Shown: one piece after another, positions 26,499 to 35,232 of the stretch | Layout of the letters: every line of letters starts with the position of its first letter | How positions within the stretch are numbered: the stretch's first letter is position 1 | Assembly: GCA_965208125.1 (NCBI GenBank) | Contig: OZ242320.1 | Span: 2,048,001 to 2,112,000 of the forward strand | DNA length: 64,000 nucleotides | Direction: 5' to 3' | Origin: Candidatus Latescibacterota bacterium | GTDB taxonomy: Bacteria; Latescibacterota; UBA2968 | Program-made: the position numbers and the translations under genes | The notes under the pieces: generated by a model | What the model saw: only the letters and a program-made list of their open reading frames with translations | What the model was told of the DNA's origin: nothing | Database searches by the model: none

Positions 26499-28862
26499 CT
26501 ATTCATCTCGCAATGCATCCGCCGGGTTTGCGCGTGCGGCTTTGAGGGTCTGGGTGGTGACGGTTGTGAGTACGACGAGGAACATGGCTGCGCTGCCGAG
26601 TATAAAGGTGCCAATACCCAATTCGGTGCGGTAGGCGAAGGTTTGTAACCATTGGTTTGTTGCATAATAGGCGATGGGGAATGCGATGAGGCTTGATAGG
26701 GCGATGTAGAGGACAAATTCTCGTGAGAGCAGGGATAGGATTTGTGCCTGGGATGCGCCCAGGACTTTGCGAATGCCGATTTCTTTGGTGCGTCTGGTTG
26801 TGGCGAGTGCAGCCAGTCCGAATGCGCCGAGAGCTGCGATGAATATGGCGAATCCTGTGGCGTATTGGATCATGAGATTCCAGCGTTCTTCTTTTTTATA
26901 TTGTTTGTCCAGGTCTTCATCAATGAATGAGAAGTTGAATATCTGGTTGGGTGCGACTTCAGCCCATTGTTCTTTGATAAATGCAATAGTGCCGGGTACA
27001 TTTTCGGAGTGAATACGAACCAACAAGCGTCCGGTGTATGTGCTGAGTGGTAGAACAGCGGGTTCAATTTTGTGATGCAGGGAGCGAAAATGGAAATTTT
27101 GAGCAATGCCGATGATGGTTCTTTCTTTTGAGTCGCTGTATGTGATTGTTTTGCCAACGGGGTCTTCTATGCCGAATTTTTGGACGAGTGCCTCGTTGAC
27201 AAGGATTGATTCTTTGGCATCGGTTGGAAAGTCTCTGTTGTATTCTCGACCTGCAACGAGTGTCATGTCGAGCGTTTTGAACAGGTCGTAGTCAATACTA
27301 ATACCTTCAACGGGTTGCTCAGGCTCTCCACGATATGTTACATAGGTTGACACACGCATGTCGTTGTTTAGTGAATGGTTAAGCCATGTCGTGCTGATCA
27401 CTGAGGGATGAGACAGCAGTTCATCCCGAAAAACAGTTGGTAAGGTTTTGTTTTCTTTTCGCAGGTCATGGGTCTGAATGGCGATAACGTGTTCGGTTTG
27501 ATATCCCAGGGATTGGGTTCTCAAAAAGGTGAGTTGTTTGCTCATCATCAAGGTGGTGATGATTAAAAATATGGATAGGGCGAACTGAAAAACGATCAAT
27601 ACGTTGCCAAAACGATTGCCCGTTTTGATTTGCAATCTGCTCGCGATGATTTGGGTTGGTTGCAATCGGGATAGGATCAGGGCGGGATAGCCCCCTGCTG
27701 TGATGCCAACGAGGCTGACCAGCAGAATGAGAAAGGCGAGGGTTGTGGTGTTGAGGCCGTCGGTCAAGGATAGGGATTTCCCGGATAGGTCGTTGAATGT
27801 TGGCAATGCGAGTTCTGCGATGGCAATGCTGGCTGTGAGCGCGATAAGGATGAGTAAGAGGGATTCTCCGATAAATTGGTTTGCGATTTGTGAGCGTTTT
27901 GCGCCAACGACTTTTCGCAAGCCGATTTCTCGCGCTCGCATTGCCTGTCGTCCGAGGGTTAAGGTTGTGAAGTTGACGCAGGCGATAAACAGGACGAGGA
28001 TTGCAATGCCCGATAAGATGTATGAATAAACTGGATTGCTGCGATGGCTTACGTACATGGTCTGATCGAAGTGCATTTTGGTGAGTGGCTGAAGTTTGAT
28101 CTGGTTTTCGCGCTTTTCATCCCACCAGTTTTTGGTCCATTTGGGAAATTGTTGTTCGAGACTGTTTGGAGATATGTTCGGGGGGAGCATCATGAAAGTA
28201 AATATGCTGTAGTAACTCCATCTGTCTTCGACCTTGCTTTGTTCAAAGGGTAGTAGTACGTCAAATTGAATTGTGGAGTTTTTGGGCGCGTTTTTCACAA
28301 TGCCCGCGATGGTGTAATCCTGGATTTCATTTTTGTATTCAATGGGAAGTACTGCTCCGATGGGGTTGGCTTTGTCGAAATATTTTTGCGCGGTTTTTTC
28401 TGTTATGAGTGCGGAGTATTTGTCTTGAAAAGATGGATCGCCTTGAAGGATTGGAAAAGAAAAAATGTCGAGGAAGTTGGGATCGGTAAATCCCAACTGT
28501 GCCCGAAAAGCGCGATTTTCTGTGCCAATTTTCCCTGTGCGAGATGTGAAACGAACCGTTTGCATGTCGGGGAATGCTTCTGCTATTGCGGGTCCGAGGG
28601 GACCGGGTGTTACACCGTGAACGCGCTCGTTTTGTCCTTTTATATGTTTTATATAAACCCGATAGATGCGGTCTGCGTTTTTGTGAAAGGTGTCATAGGT
28701 CCATTCGTTTTGGACAAAGAGGTAGGTGAGGATGCAGAAGGCGAGACCGATGGCAATGCCGATGATGTTGATGGCGGAGTAGATGCGGTGCCTGGCGAGG
28801 TTGCGGATCGCCGTTTTCAGGTAGCTGCTGAATAAAGATATTTCAGCACTGGCTCTGAACAT
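26499..28862 (-). CDS. MacB/FtsX-family ABC permease (P6, subfamily C)
   Basis: Start MFRASAE at 28862 with AGGAG; paralog of 41137..43494. Confidence 0.95.
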   Translation of the reverse strand: MFRASAEISLFSSYLKTAIRNLARHRIYSAINIIGIAIGLAFCILTYLFVQNEWTYDTFHKNADRIYRVYIKHIKGQNERVHGVTPGPLGPAIAEAFPDMQTVRFTSRTGKIGTENRAFRAQLGFTDPNFLDIFSFPILQGDPSFQDKYSALITEKTAQKYFDKANPIGAVLPIEYKNEIQDYTIAGIVKNAPKNSTIQFDVLLPFEQSKVEDRWSYYSIFTFMMLPPNISPNSLEQQFPKWTKNWWDEKRENQIKLQPLTKMHFDQTMYVSHRSNPVYSYILSGIAILVLFIACVNFTTLTLGRQAMRAREIGLRKVVGAKRSQIANQFIGESLLLILIALTASIAIAELALPTFNDLSGKSLSLTDGLNTTTLAFLILLVSLVGITAGGYPALILSRLQPTQIIASRLQIKTGNRFGNVLIVFQFALSIFLIITTLMMSKQLTFLRTQSLGYQTEHVIAIQTHDLRKENKTLPTVFRDELLSHPSVISTTWLNHSLNNDMRVSTYVTYRGEPEQPVEGISIDYDLFKTLDMTLVAGREYNRDFPTDAKESILVNEALVQKFGIEDPVGKTITYSDSKERTIIGIAQNFHFRSLHHKIEPAVLPLSTYTGRLLVRIHSENVPGTIAFIKEQWAEVAPNQIFNFSFIDEDLDKQYKKEERWNLMIQYATGFAIFIAALGAFGLAALATTRRTKEIGIRKVLGASQAQILSLLSREFVLYIALSSLIAFPIAYYATNQWLQTFAYRTELGIGTFILGSAAMFLVVLTTVTTQTLKAARANPADALRDE

Positions 28863-28967
28863 TTTACATCTCCTGTAAATACAGAATTGCAAAACTACTG
28901 GAAATTCACGATATTTAAAATCACGAGAATCAAAAAGAAATTCGCATTGCGTGTTGGAGACTTTTTT

Positions 28968-29261
28968 ATGAAAACCGAGCGTTGGACAATCCCAGGGATT
29001 ATCAAAGACGGTGTGGTTGTGCCCCAGAGCAATACTCCTTTGCCCAATGGTATCTATGTAGATATTCTCATTCGTCCGGTGGATATGACGCCTGAACTCA
29101 AGTCTGAATTAGACCAGTGGGACAAGGCGAGCGATGAGGCATGGACACTGATTGATCAAGGGGCAATCTCGCCCACACAACCCGTTCCAAAATTCGGCAG
29201 CGGAAAGGGGCTTGTTAAAATATCAGATGATTTTGACGAATCTTTTGAAGATTTCGATTGA
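28968..29261 (+). CDS. Small antitoxin-like, probably chimeric protein
   Basis: GIIKDGVVVP..LPNG N-part plus PKFGSGKGLVKISDDFDE tail typical of DUF2281/Phd-type antitoxins; GGAG upstream. Confidence 0.55.
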   Translation: MKTERWTIPGIIKDGVVVPQSNTPLPNGIYVDILIRPVDMTPELKSELDQWDKASDEAWTLIDQGAISPTQPVPKFGSGKGLVKISDDFDESFEDFD

Positions 29262-29395
29262 TCTCCTTCATATTATTCCTGCCCATCTCGAGTTCTCAAA
29301 ACTCTTTCCTTTCACCATCGCGATCCCTTGTTCCGTCCAGTTATTTTACAGTCAGCCATTCATCTATCAGGTAGCGTGAACGTATGAAAATAATA

Positions 29396-29412
29396 AGCAA
29401 TTTTTGTGCCAA
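29396..29412 (-). promoter_or_regulatory. sigma54 -24/-12 promoter (copy 3)
   Basis: Minus strand TTGGCACAAAAATTGCT. Confidence 0.85.
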
Positions 29413-29474
29413 AAACTTCTTTTCTATGTTTTACAAGGGGTTATGAAAATTTGTTTCATGAGCATAGTTTAGTA

Positions 29475-29514
29475 AGTGTCCGATTTTGATACAGTAGTGT
29501 CCGAAAATGAACAC
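29475..29514. promoter_or_regulatory. Putative sigma54 activator enhancer (copy 3)
   Basis: Identical to copy 1 over 40 nt. Confidence 0.8.
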
Positions 29515-29544
29515 AGGCACATGAAAATAAAAACAATGTGCCTG
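29514..29544 (-). terminator. Terminator-like hairpin homologous to 7611..7641
   Basis: CAGGCACAT..ATGTGCCTG; U-tract missing. Confidence 0.5.
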
Positions 29545-29582
29545 TTGTATTAGCCGTAGAACCAATGGTATTTTTAGTATGC

Positions 29583-29987
29583 TCAGGTGAGGGGCAAATT
29601 GTCTGGCGTGAAAATCTGAAGGCCAGCTACTCTTGTATAGTGTCGGGTGTTGCGGGTGAGCAGTGGAAGGTCTTGGGAGAGGCAAATACCTGCAATCATT
29701 GTATCGGGCAGGCCAATCATTTGGCCTGATTGCTGAAGCTGACGACCAAGTGTCGATGCATGGTGCGCAGCGTTGGCGTCGAATGGTAGAATAGAAAAAT
29801 GCGAGAGTGCTTGAGAAAATCGCTGTTTTTGTTGTTCTGATCGGATTGCCCCGATCTGCAATTCAAAGAGCGAGATGGCTGTTATATAGCAGTGATATTG
29901 GCTTGCAACCTGGAGCAAGACTTCTGACTGGCGTCTTAAGAAGTCAATGATGATATCGGTATCAACTATCATGTGGGAAGTTGCCAT
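29583..29987 (-). CDS. PIN-domain (VapC-like) toxin
   Basis: IVDTDIIIDFLR, FEL, DTMIAG, LLTRN.RHY. Confidence 0.9.
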   Translation of the reverse strand: MATSHMIVDTDIIIDFLRRQSEVLLQVASQYHCYITAISLFELQIGAIRSEQQKQRFSQALSHFSILPFDANAAHHASTLGRQLQQSGQMIGLPDTMIAGICLSQDLPLLTRNTRHYTRVAGLQIFTPDNLPLT

Positions 29988-30232
29988 TTTGACCACAGAT
30001 GATTTCTTTGAGTCTCCCAATCGTCCAGATCCGAGGGTTTGAAAGCTTTTCGGAGGTTTTCGAGAGATTCAGTGAGAAGCCTGGATTTTTCGAAGGATTG
30101 TACTTCAGGTTCAAAATCGGCTTTGGGTCTGATTTCAATACGATCTCCTGGGTGGAGTCCCAATTCTTGCTCTGCGGTTTGTTTAGAGATGACAAGATCA
30201 TCACCCAGGTATTCCAGTTCTACTTTTGGCAT
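29969..30232 (-). CDS. Putative antitoxin (AbrB/MazE-like)
   Basis: LVISK...ELGLHPGDRIEI motif; overlaps PIN gene. Confidence 0.7.
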   Translation of the reverse strand: MPKVELEYLGDDLVISKQTAEQELGLHPGDRIEIRPKADFEPEVQSFEKSRLLTESLENLRKAFKPSDLDDWETQRNHLWSKWQLPT

Positions 30233-30363
30233 TGCTTTTTCTCCACTCAGAAAATGTGCAGTCATTGTGGTGAATATAGCCTTTTTTTTTAAAGCTGCAA
30301 GTTATGTTTGGTCTTAGACCATCGGTTTCCCATATCAGTTGATAAAGTCACACCTGACGTAGC

Positions 30364-32739
30364 TTATTCATATCGCAGGGCATCCACGGGATTGGTGCGG
30401 GCAACTTTCCACGCTTGATAACTCACTGTGGTCAATGCGATGAGCAACGCCAGAAGACCACTCAGAACAAACGCCCATATTTCCAGGTCAATGCGATAGG
30501 CGAAATCCTGTAGCCACCTGTTCATCGCGTAATAGGCAATTGGCCAGGCGATGAGGTTGGCAATGCCGACAAGCAGGGCGAACTCTTTTGACAACATGAG
30601 CACGAGGTTGGAAACGGATGCGCCCAATACTTTTCGGATGCCGATTTCTTTGATGCGTTGTTGTGCGGTGAAGGAGGCGAGGCCGAACAGTCCGAGGCTT
30701 GCGACAAAGATGGCGAGGATGGAGAAGAGTCCAAAGAGTGTGCCTATTTGTTCTTCTGTGCGATAGAGTTTGTCGTAGTCGTCGTCGAGAAAGAAATAGT
30801 CGAATGGCCTGTCCGATACGACCTCGTGCCACTGGGTTTTTAGAAAGTCCAGTGTGGCAGCAATATCGTCCGAGCGGATCCGGATGGAAAGATACTCTAT
30901 CCAACTTCCTCCCATCATGAGCACAAGCGGTTCAATTTCATGGTGCAGGGACTGATAGTGAAAGTCCTTCACAACGCCCACCACATCTCCCTGAATCTCC
31001 ACATTCAACTTATTCCCTTTTGGATAGACCCGTTCAAGTCTTCTATTGGCGAGGGAAGTCCATCCAAATTTTCGCACAGCAGCTTCATTGAGGATAAATG
31101 CGCCATTTCGATCACTTCTAATATCCTCTGAAAAGGCGCGGCCCTCTAAAACTCCAATACCATAAGTCTGAATAAACTCGTGATCTACATACATCACGTT
31201 TATCAGTAAAGCATCTTTGTGTGCGGGATCCAGGGAAGGGCGGAAAAGATGGGCGGCAAGCTCTCGGCCTGGTACGGTAGAAGACGCCGACACATTTAAT
31301 ACTGATGTATGCGCTGATACTGTGGGTTTATATCGCTCCGCCAATTGTCTATCAATCGGCATGACCACCACTTGTTCTTTATTGAAACCGAGTTTTTTGT
31401 TTCTGATGTAATCCGATTGATGGTAAACGACAACTGTCCCAATGATGAGAATGATCGAAATGACAAACTGAAATACGACGAGGGTTTTGCGGGAACTGGA
31501 GGTCTTCAATCCTCGCCGTAGCGTGCTTTTTAAGACCTCTACTGGCTGAAAAGCCGAGAGAAAAAAGGCGGGATAGATTCCCGAGAGCATCCCTGCAAAT
31601 AAGGCAACACTGATCAGGGCTAATACGACCTGCCAATTGCCCGCGTAATCCAATACCAATTCGCGCTGGATAAAGGCGTTGAACGTGGGGAGTGAGACTT
31701 CAGATAGAACAACGGCCAGAAATAGTGCCATCAAAGCCAGCAATATGGATTCGCCCATAAACTGACGGATTAGCTGTGATCGGTTTGCGCCAACGACTTT
31801 TCGCATGCCGATTTCTTTTGATCGCGTCGCAGAGCGAGCCGTGGAGAGGTTCATAAAGTTGATACAGGCGAGTATGAGTACGAAAAGAGCAATGCTCAGG
31901 AAGAGATAGACATACCGAATATCGCCGTTGGGACTTATTTCAGATTCCAGGTGGGAACGCAAATGAATATCGGTTAATGGCTGTAGAAAAGGCTTGAGTT
32001 GGATCCCTGATGCGTTGAGTTGTTCCCCTATGTGTCTTTCGATAAAATTGGGTAACTCTGTTTCTAACTCGTCCGCAGCATGGGTGTCTTGTAAGAGCAG
32101 ATAGGTATAATAGCTGTGATCGACCCAATCGCTACGCCTCAGAGATGAGACCAGAAAATTGAACTGTAAATGGGTATTGTGGGTGTGGTTTTCTAAAATG
32201 CCAGTAATTTTACACTCCGCCTCGCCTACCGAAAGGGTCTGCCCCATCGGATCCTGGTCACCGAAATATTTCCGAGCCATTTCTTCTGTCAGGACAATAG
32301 AATGGGGTTCTTGGAGTGCTGTCCTGGGGTCTCCCTTACTGAGTGGAAAATCAAAGACCTGAAAGACACTTGCCTCGGTGAATAAGACGCCTTTCTCAGA
32401 GAATTGATTCTGCTGGTTTGCAACAGGCGTTTTTTCATCATTTTTGTAAAATCGGACGGCATCTACGACGGTGGGATAATCTTGAACGAGAGCCGGTCCC
32501 ATTGGGAATGAAGTAATTGCAATTCGATACATTTGTCCTGCTATATGTGCTTCTTCAGCGAGCCGATAGATTCGGTGCGCGTTTTCGTGGTGCTGGTCAT
32601 AGCTCAGTTCATCTTGCACATAGAGCAGGATGAGGATGCAACAGGCCATGCCAATGGCGAGACCGAGGATGTTGATGGCAGAGAATGTTTTGTTTCTGGC
32701 GATGTTGCGAATGGCAACGGTCAGATAATTTTTGATCAT
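30364..32739 (-). CDS. MacB/FtsX-family ABC permease (P7)
   Basis: 791 aa; family motifs. Confidence 0.95.
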   Translation of the reverse strand: MIKNYLTVAIRNIARNKTFSAINILGLAIGMACCILILLYVQDELSYDQHHENAHRIYRLAEEAHIAGQMYRIAITSFPMGPALVQDYPTVVDAVRFYKNDEKTPVANQQNQFSEKGVLFTEASVFQVFDFPLSKGDPRTALQEPHSIVLTEEMARKYFGDQDPMGQTLSVGEAECKITGILENHTHNTHLQFNFLVSSLRRSDWVDHSYYTYLLLQDTHAADELETELPNFIERHIGEQLNASGIQLKPFLQPLTDIHLRSHLESEISPNGDIRYVYLFLSIALFVLILACINFMNLSTARSATRSKEIGMRKVVGANRSQLIRQFMGESILLALMALFLAVVLSEVSLPTFNAFIQRELVLDYAGNWQVVLALISVALFAGMLSGIYPAFFLSAFQPVEVLKSTLRRGLKTSSSRKTLVVFQFVISIILIIGTVVVYHQSDYIRNKKLGFNKEQVVVMPIDRQLAERYKPTVSAHTSVLNVSASSTVPGRELAAHLFRPSLDPAHKDALLINVMYVDHEFIQTYGIGVLEGRAFSEDIRSDRNGAFILNEAAVRKFGWTSLANRRLERVYPKGNKLNVEIQGDVVGVVKDFHYQSLHHEIEPLVLMMGGSWIEYLSIRIRSDDIAATLDFLKTQWHEVVSDRPFDYFFLDDDYDKLYRTEEQIGTLFGLFSILAIFVASLGLFGLASFTAQQRIKEIGIRKVLGASVSNLVLMLSKEFALLVGIANLIAWPIAYYAMNRWLQDFAYRIDLEIWAFVLSGLLALLIALTTVSYQAWKVARTNPVDALRYE

Positions 32740-32757
32740 GATTTTAAACCCCCAGTT

Positions 32758-35172
32758 TCACTCATCTCGCAATTCTTTCACGGGGTCTGTTCGCACAATG
32801 CGTGTGGTGTGATATGAAATTGCCACAAGTGCCAGGACGATACAGCCTATCGCTGGTCCCGCAAAGTGCATTGGCTCCAGTGGTGTTTGAAATGGAAAGC
32901 GTTGCAAGTACGCACGCATCGCAAAAAAGGACATGGAGGTTCCAATGATACACCCAATGACAGCAAGACGGACTATGGGCAAGGATAGCAAGACAAAGAG
33001 GGCGTGTGCGGAAGCTCCCAGAACTTTGCGAACGCCAACTTCTTTTGTGCGGCGGGACAGCATGTGCATGGCAAGCCCGATCAATCCCACACAGGCGACA
33101 ATAATCGCCATGAGCGAAGCCGTATAGCCGATGGATTGATACATTTTTCGGGGATCTCGAATGGAATTTACAAGGTCATCCTGCAAAAGGCCGAACTGGG
33201 GTGTAATACCTGGCGCGACTTCGGACCAGATTTGCTTCAATATTGTTTCGGTTTCCGTTGCCATGTCCGGTTGGAGGCGCACCAGAATAGCCCGAATCGC
33301 GGTTTCGGGATCTTTGTGAATGACCATTGGTCCCATAGGGGGCAAAATATTTTGAAAATAAAAGTCGGGGATGACGCCTACTACCTGGGGATGCTCAACC
33401 TGTCCCACTTGAAATGGAAATGTCTGACCAGATGCGTGCGTCCATTCAAATCGCTTTGCGAGGTGTTCGTTGACCAAAACCTCGTTGGTCGGGCCGTTTG
33501 GGTCCAGATTCTTTCCTGAGATCAGGTCTATGCCGAGTGTTTTTAGAAAGTCGCCACGCACTTTGTAATGCCATATTATAGTCTCTGAATTGGTCAGCTT
33601 TTGCATGCCTGCCGACCACAATACCGGGATGTTATTCACAGCGGCCAATCCGACAACTCCTGGGAGTTGCTCTGCCTTTTGGCGAAATCGCTCGTAATAG
33701 ACTTCTGCTTCGTCCCCTGGAACTTTGGGCTGTATGACCATTAAGTGGCGCATATCGAATCCTCTGTCCATAGACGTGAGGTAATCAATGTTATGTACCA
33801 TAACCGCGGAAGATGCCACCAGAAATACAGCGACAGCAAATTGAATAATCAACAGAAATCGGCTCAGGCGTGCTCTCTGTCCCGGAGATGTGTCACCTTT
33901 GAGGGCATTTACGGGCTGAAGCCGTGACAATAGCCACGACGGGTAGAAGCCCGCCAGAATTGCCAATAGGACGGGCAACATGAGGATGAAGAGGAATCCC
34001 GTTATGTTCCCCTGAAGCTGAGGCTTATAGTGAGGAAAGAAGGGAAAGAGAGACGCAAAATGGGGAAGCAATAGTTCGTTTGCGCTTAGTGCCAGTCCCA
34101 TTGCGATAAAACAGAGAATTAACGATTCGAGGATGGTCTGTCCAATAATATGGCGGCGTGTGGCGCCGAGGGTTTTGCGAATGCCGACTTCAGTGCCGCG
34201 CGTCATGAGTCGGCCAATGGTTACGATGCCAAAGTTGATGGCTCCTACAATGAGTACGAGAAGCCCCACCAGAGATAGCAAGACCAAAAAATGTTGCGGC
34301 AGGTACCTTACTTGAAGTCCAGACATCTCGAATTTGGGCAATGCGGACAGGGGTTGAAGATGGACATGAAAGGGAGACGCTTCCTTTGTCCATTGTCCTT
34401 CGGCGCGATAGTTGTCAATCTGTTTGGCAAAATAAGTGTCTGAAAAGTAGGGCAATCGGTGCTTTATGCGATCGGGTGTAACATTTTCTTTGAGTTGCAA
34501 AAAGAGCATGGCTTCAAATTCACCTCGCGGATCAGACGCTGCGCGCGGAATCAAGTGCTGGTATGGGATGAGCATATCGAACTGCAAGCTCGAATGGTCC
34601 GAAAGCGTTTCGACTATACCGCTTATGGTAAAGTGTTCGCGCACATTGTTTCTCACCAGGATCAACGAGGTTCCAACGATGTCGGCGATTGCCTTGTCAC
34701 GCGATAGTTTTTCAGCGAGTGTTCGAGAGATGAGTATGTTTTGTGGATGTGACAGGGTTTCGGGATTTCCGTAAAGCACGGGAAATGAAAAGAGCGACAA
34801 AAACGAGGGATCGACATAGGCTGCCTGGTCTCTTCGGAAATGTTCATCTTCGTAGAGATATGTAAGATGGCTTAACCGATACCTGCAAACCGTTGCCAAT
34901 TCGCGCAACTCATCGGCGAGCAATGACCCGGCATGGGCGCGAAAAGATGCGTGTTGCCGCTCCCTTTCGGTCTGTGCCATTTCACTGGTGCGATAGATCC
35001 AGTAGATTCGGTCTGCGTTGTCGTGGAATTCATCTCGTGCGCGATAGCGGTCTTCGACAATGACAAATACCATCAACGCACACGTAATGCCCACTGTCAG
35101 ACTCAACACACTCATCACACTGGCAATCCGGTCGCGTTTAAGCCGCCGCCATGCGATTTTGAGGTTTTTCAT
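32758..35172 (-). CDS. MacB/FtsX-family ABC permease (P8, divergent)
   Basis: 804 aa; EVGIRKTLGA and EVGVRKVLGA, DPVKELRDE. Confidence 0.93.
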   Translation of the reverse strand: MKNLKIAWRRLKRDRIASVMSVLSLTVGITCALMVFVIVEDRYRARDEFHDNADRIYWIYRTSEMAQTERERQHASFRAHAGSLLADELRELATVCRYRLSHLTYLYEDEHFRRDQAAYVDPSFLSLFSFPVLYGNPETLSHPQNILISRTLAEKLSRDKAIADIVGTSLILVRNNVREHFTISGIVETLSDHSSLQFDMLIPYQHLIPRAASDPRGEFEAMLFLQLKENVTPDRIKHRLPYFSDTYFAKQIDNYRAEGQWTKEASPFHVHLQPLSALPKFEMSGLQVRYLPQHFLVLLSLVGLLVLIVGAINFGIVTIGRLMTRGTEVGIRKTLGATRRHIIGQTILESLILCFIAMGLALSANELLLPHFASLFPFFPHYKPQLQGNITGFLFILMLPVLLAILAGFYPSWLLSRLQPVNALKGDTSPGQRARLSRFLLIIQFAVAVFLVASSAVMVHNIDYLTSMDRGFDMRHLMVIQPKVPGDEAEVYYERFRQKAEQLPGVVGLAAVNNIPVLWSAGMQKLTNSETIIWHYKVRGDFLKTLGIDLISGKNLDPNGPTNEVLVNEHLAKRFEWTHASGQTFPFQVGQVEHPQVVGVIPDFYFQNILPPMGPMVIHKDPETAIRAILVRLQPDMATETETILKQIWSEVAPGITPQFGLLQDDLVNSIRDPRKMYQSIGYTASLMAIIVACVGLIGLAMHMLSRRTKEVGVRKVLGASAHALFVLLSLPIVRLAVIGCIIGTSMSFFAMRAYLQRFPFQTPLEPMHFAGPAIGCIVLALVAISYHTTRIVRTDPVKELRDE

Positions 35173-35232
35173 TTTGTACCTCCATTTAGCCAGTGTGAGT
35201 GGTCAGTCCACCCAATCGCTCAGCCCCTATTT

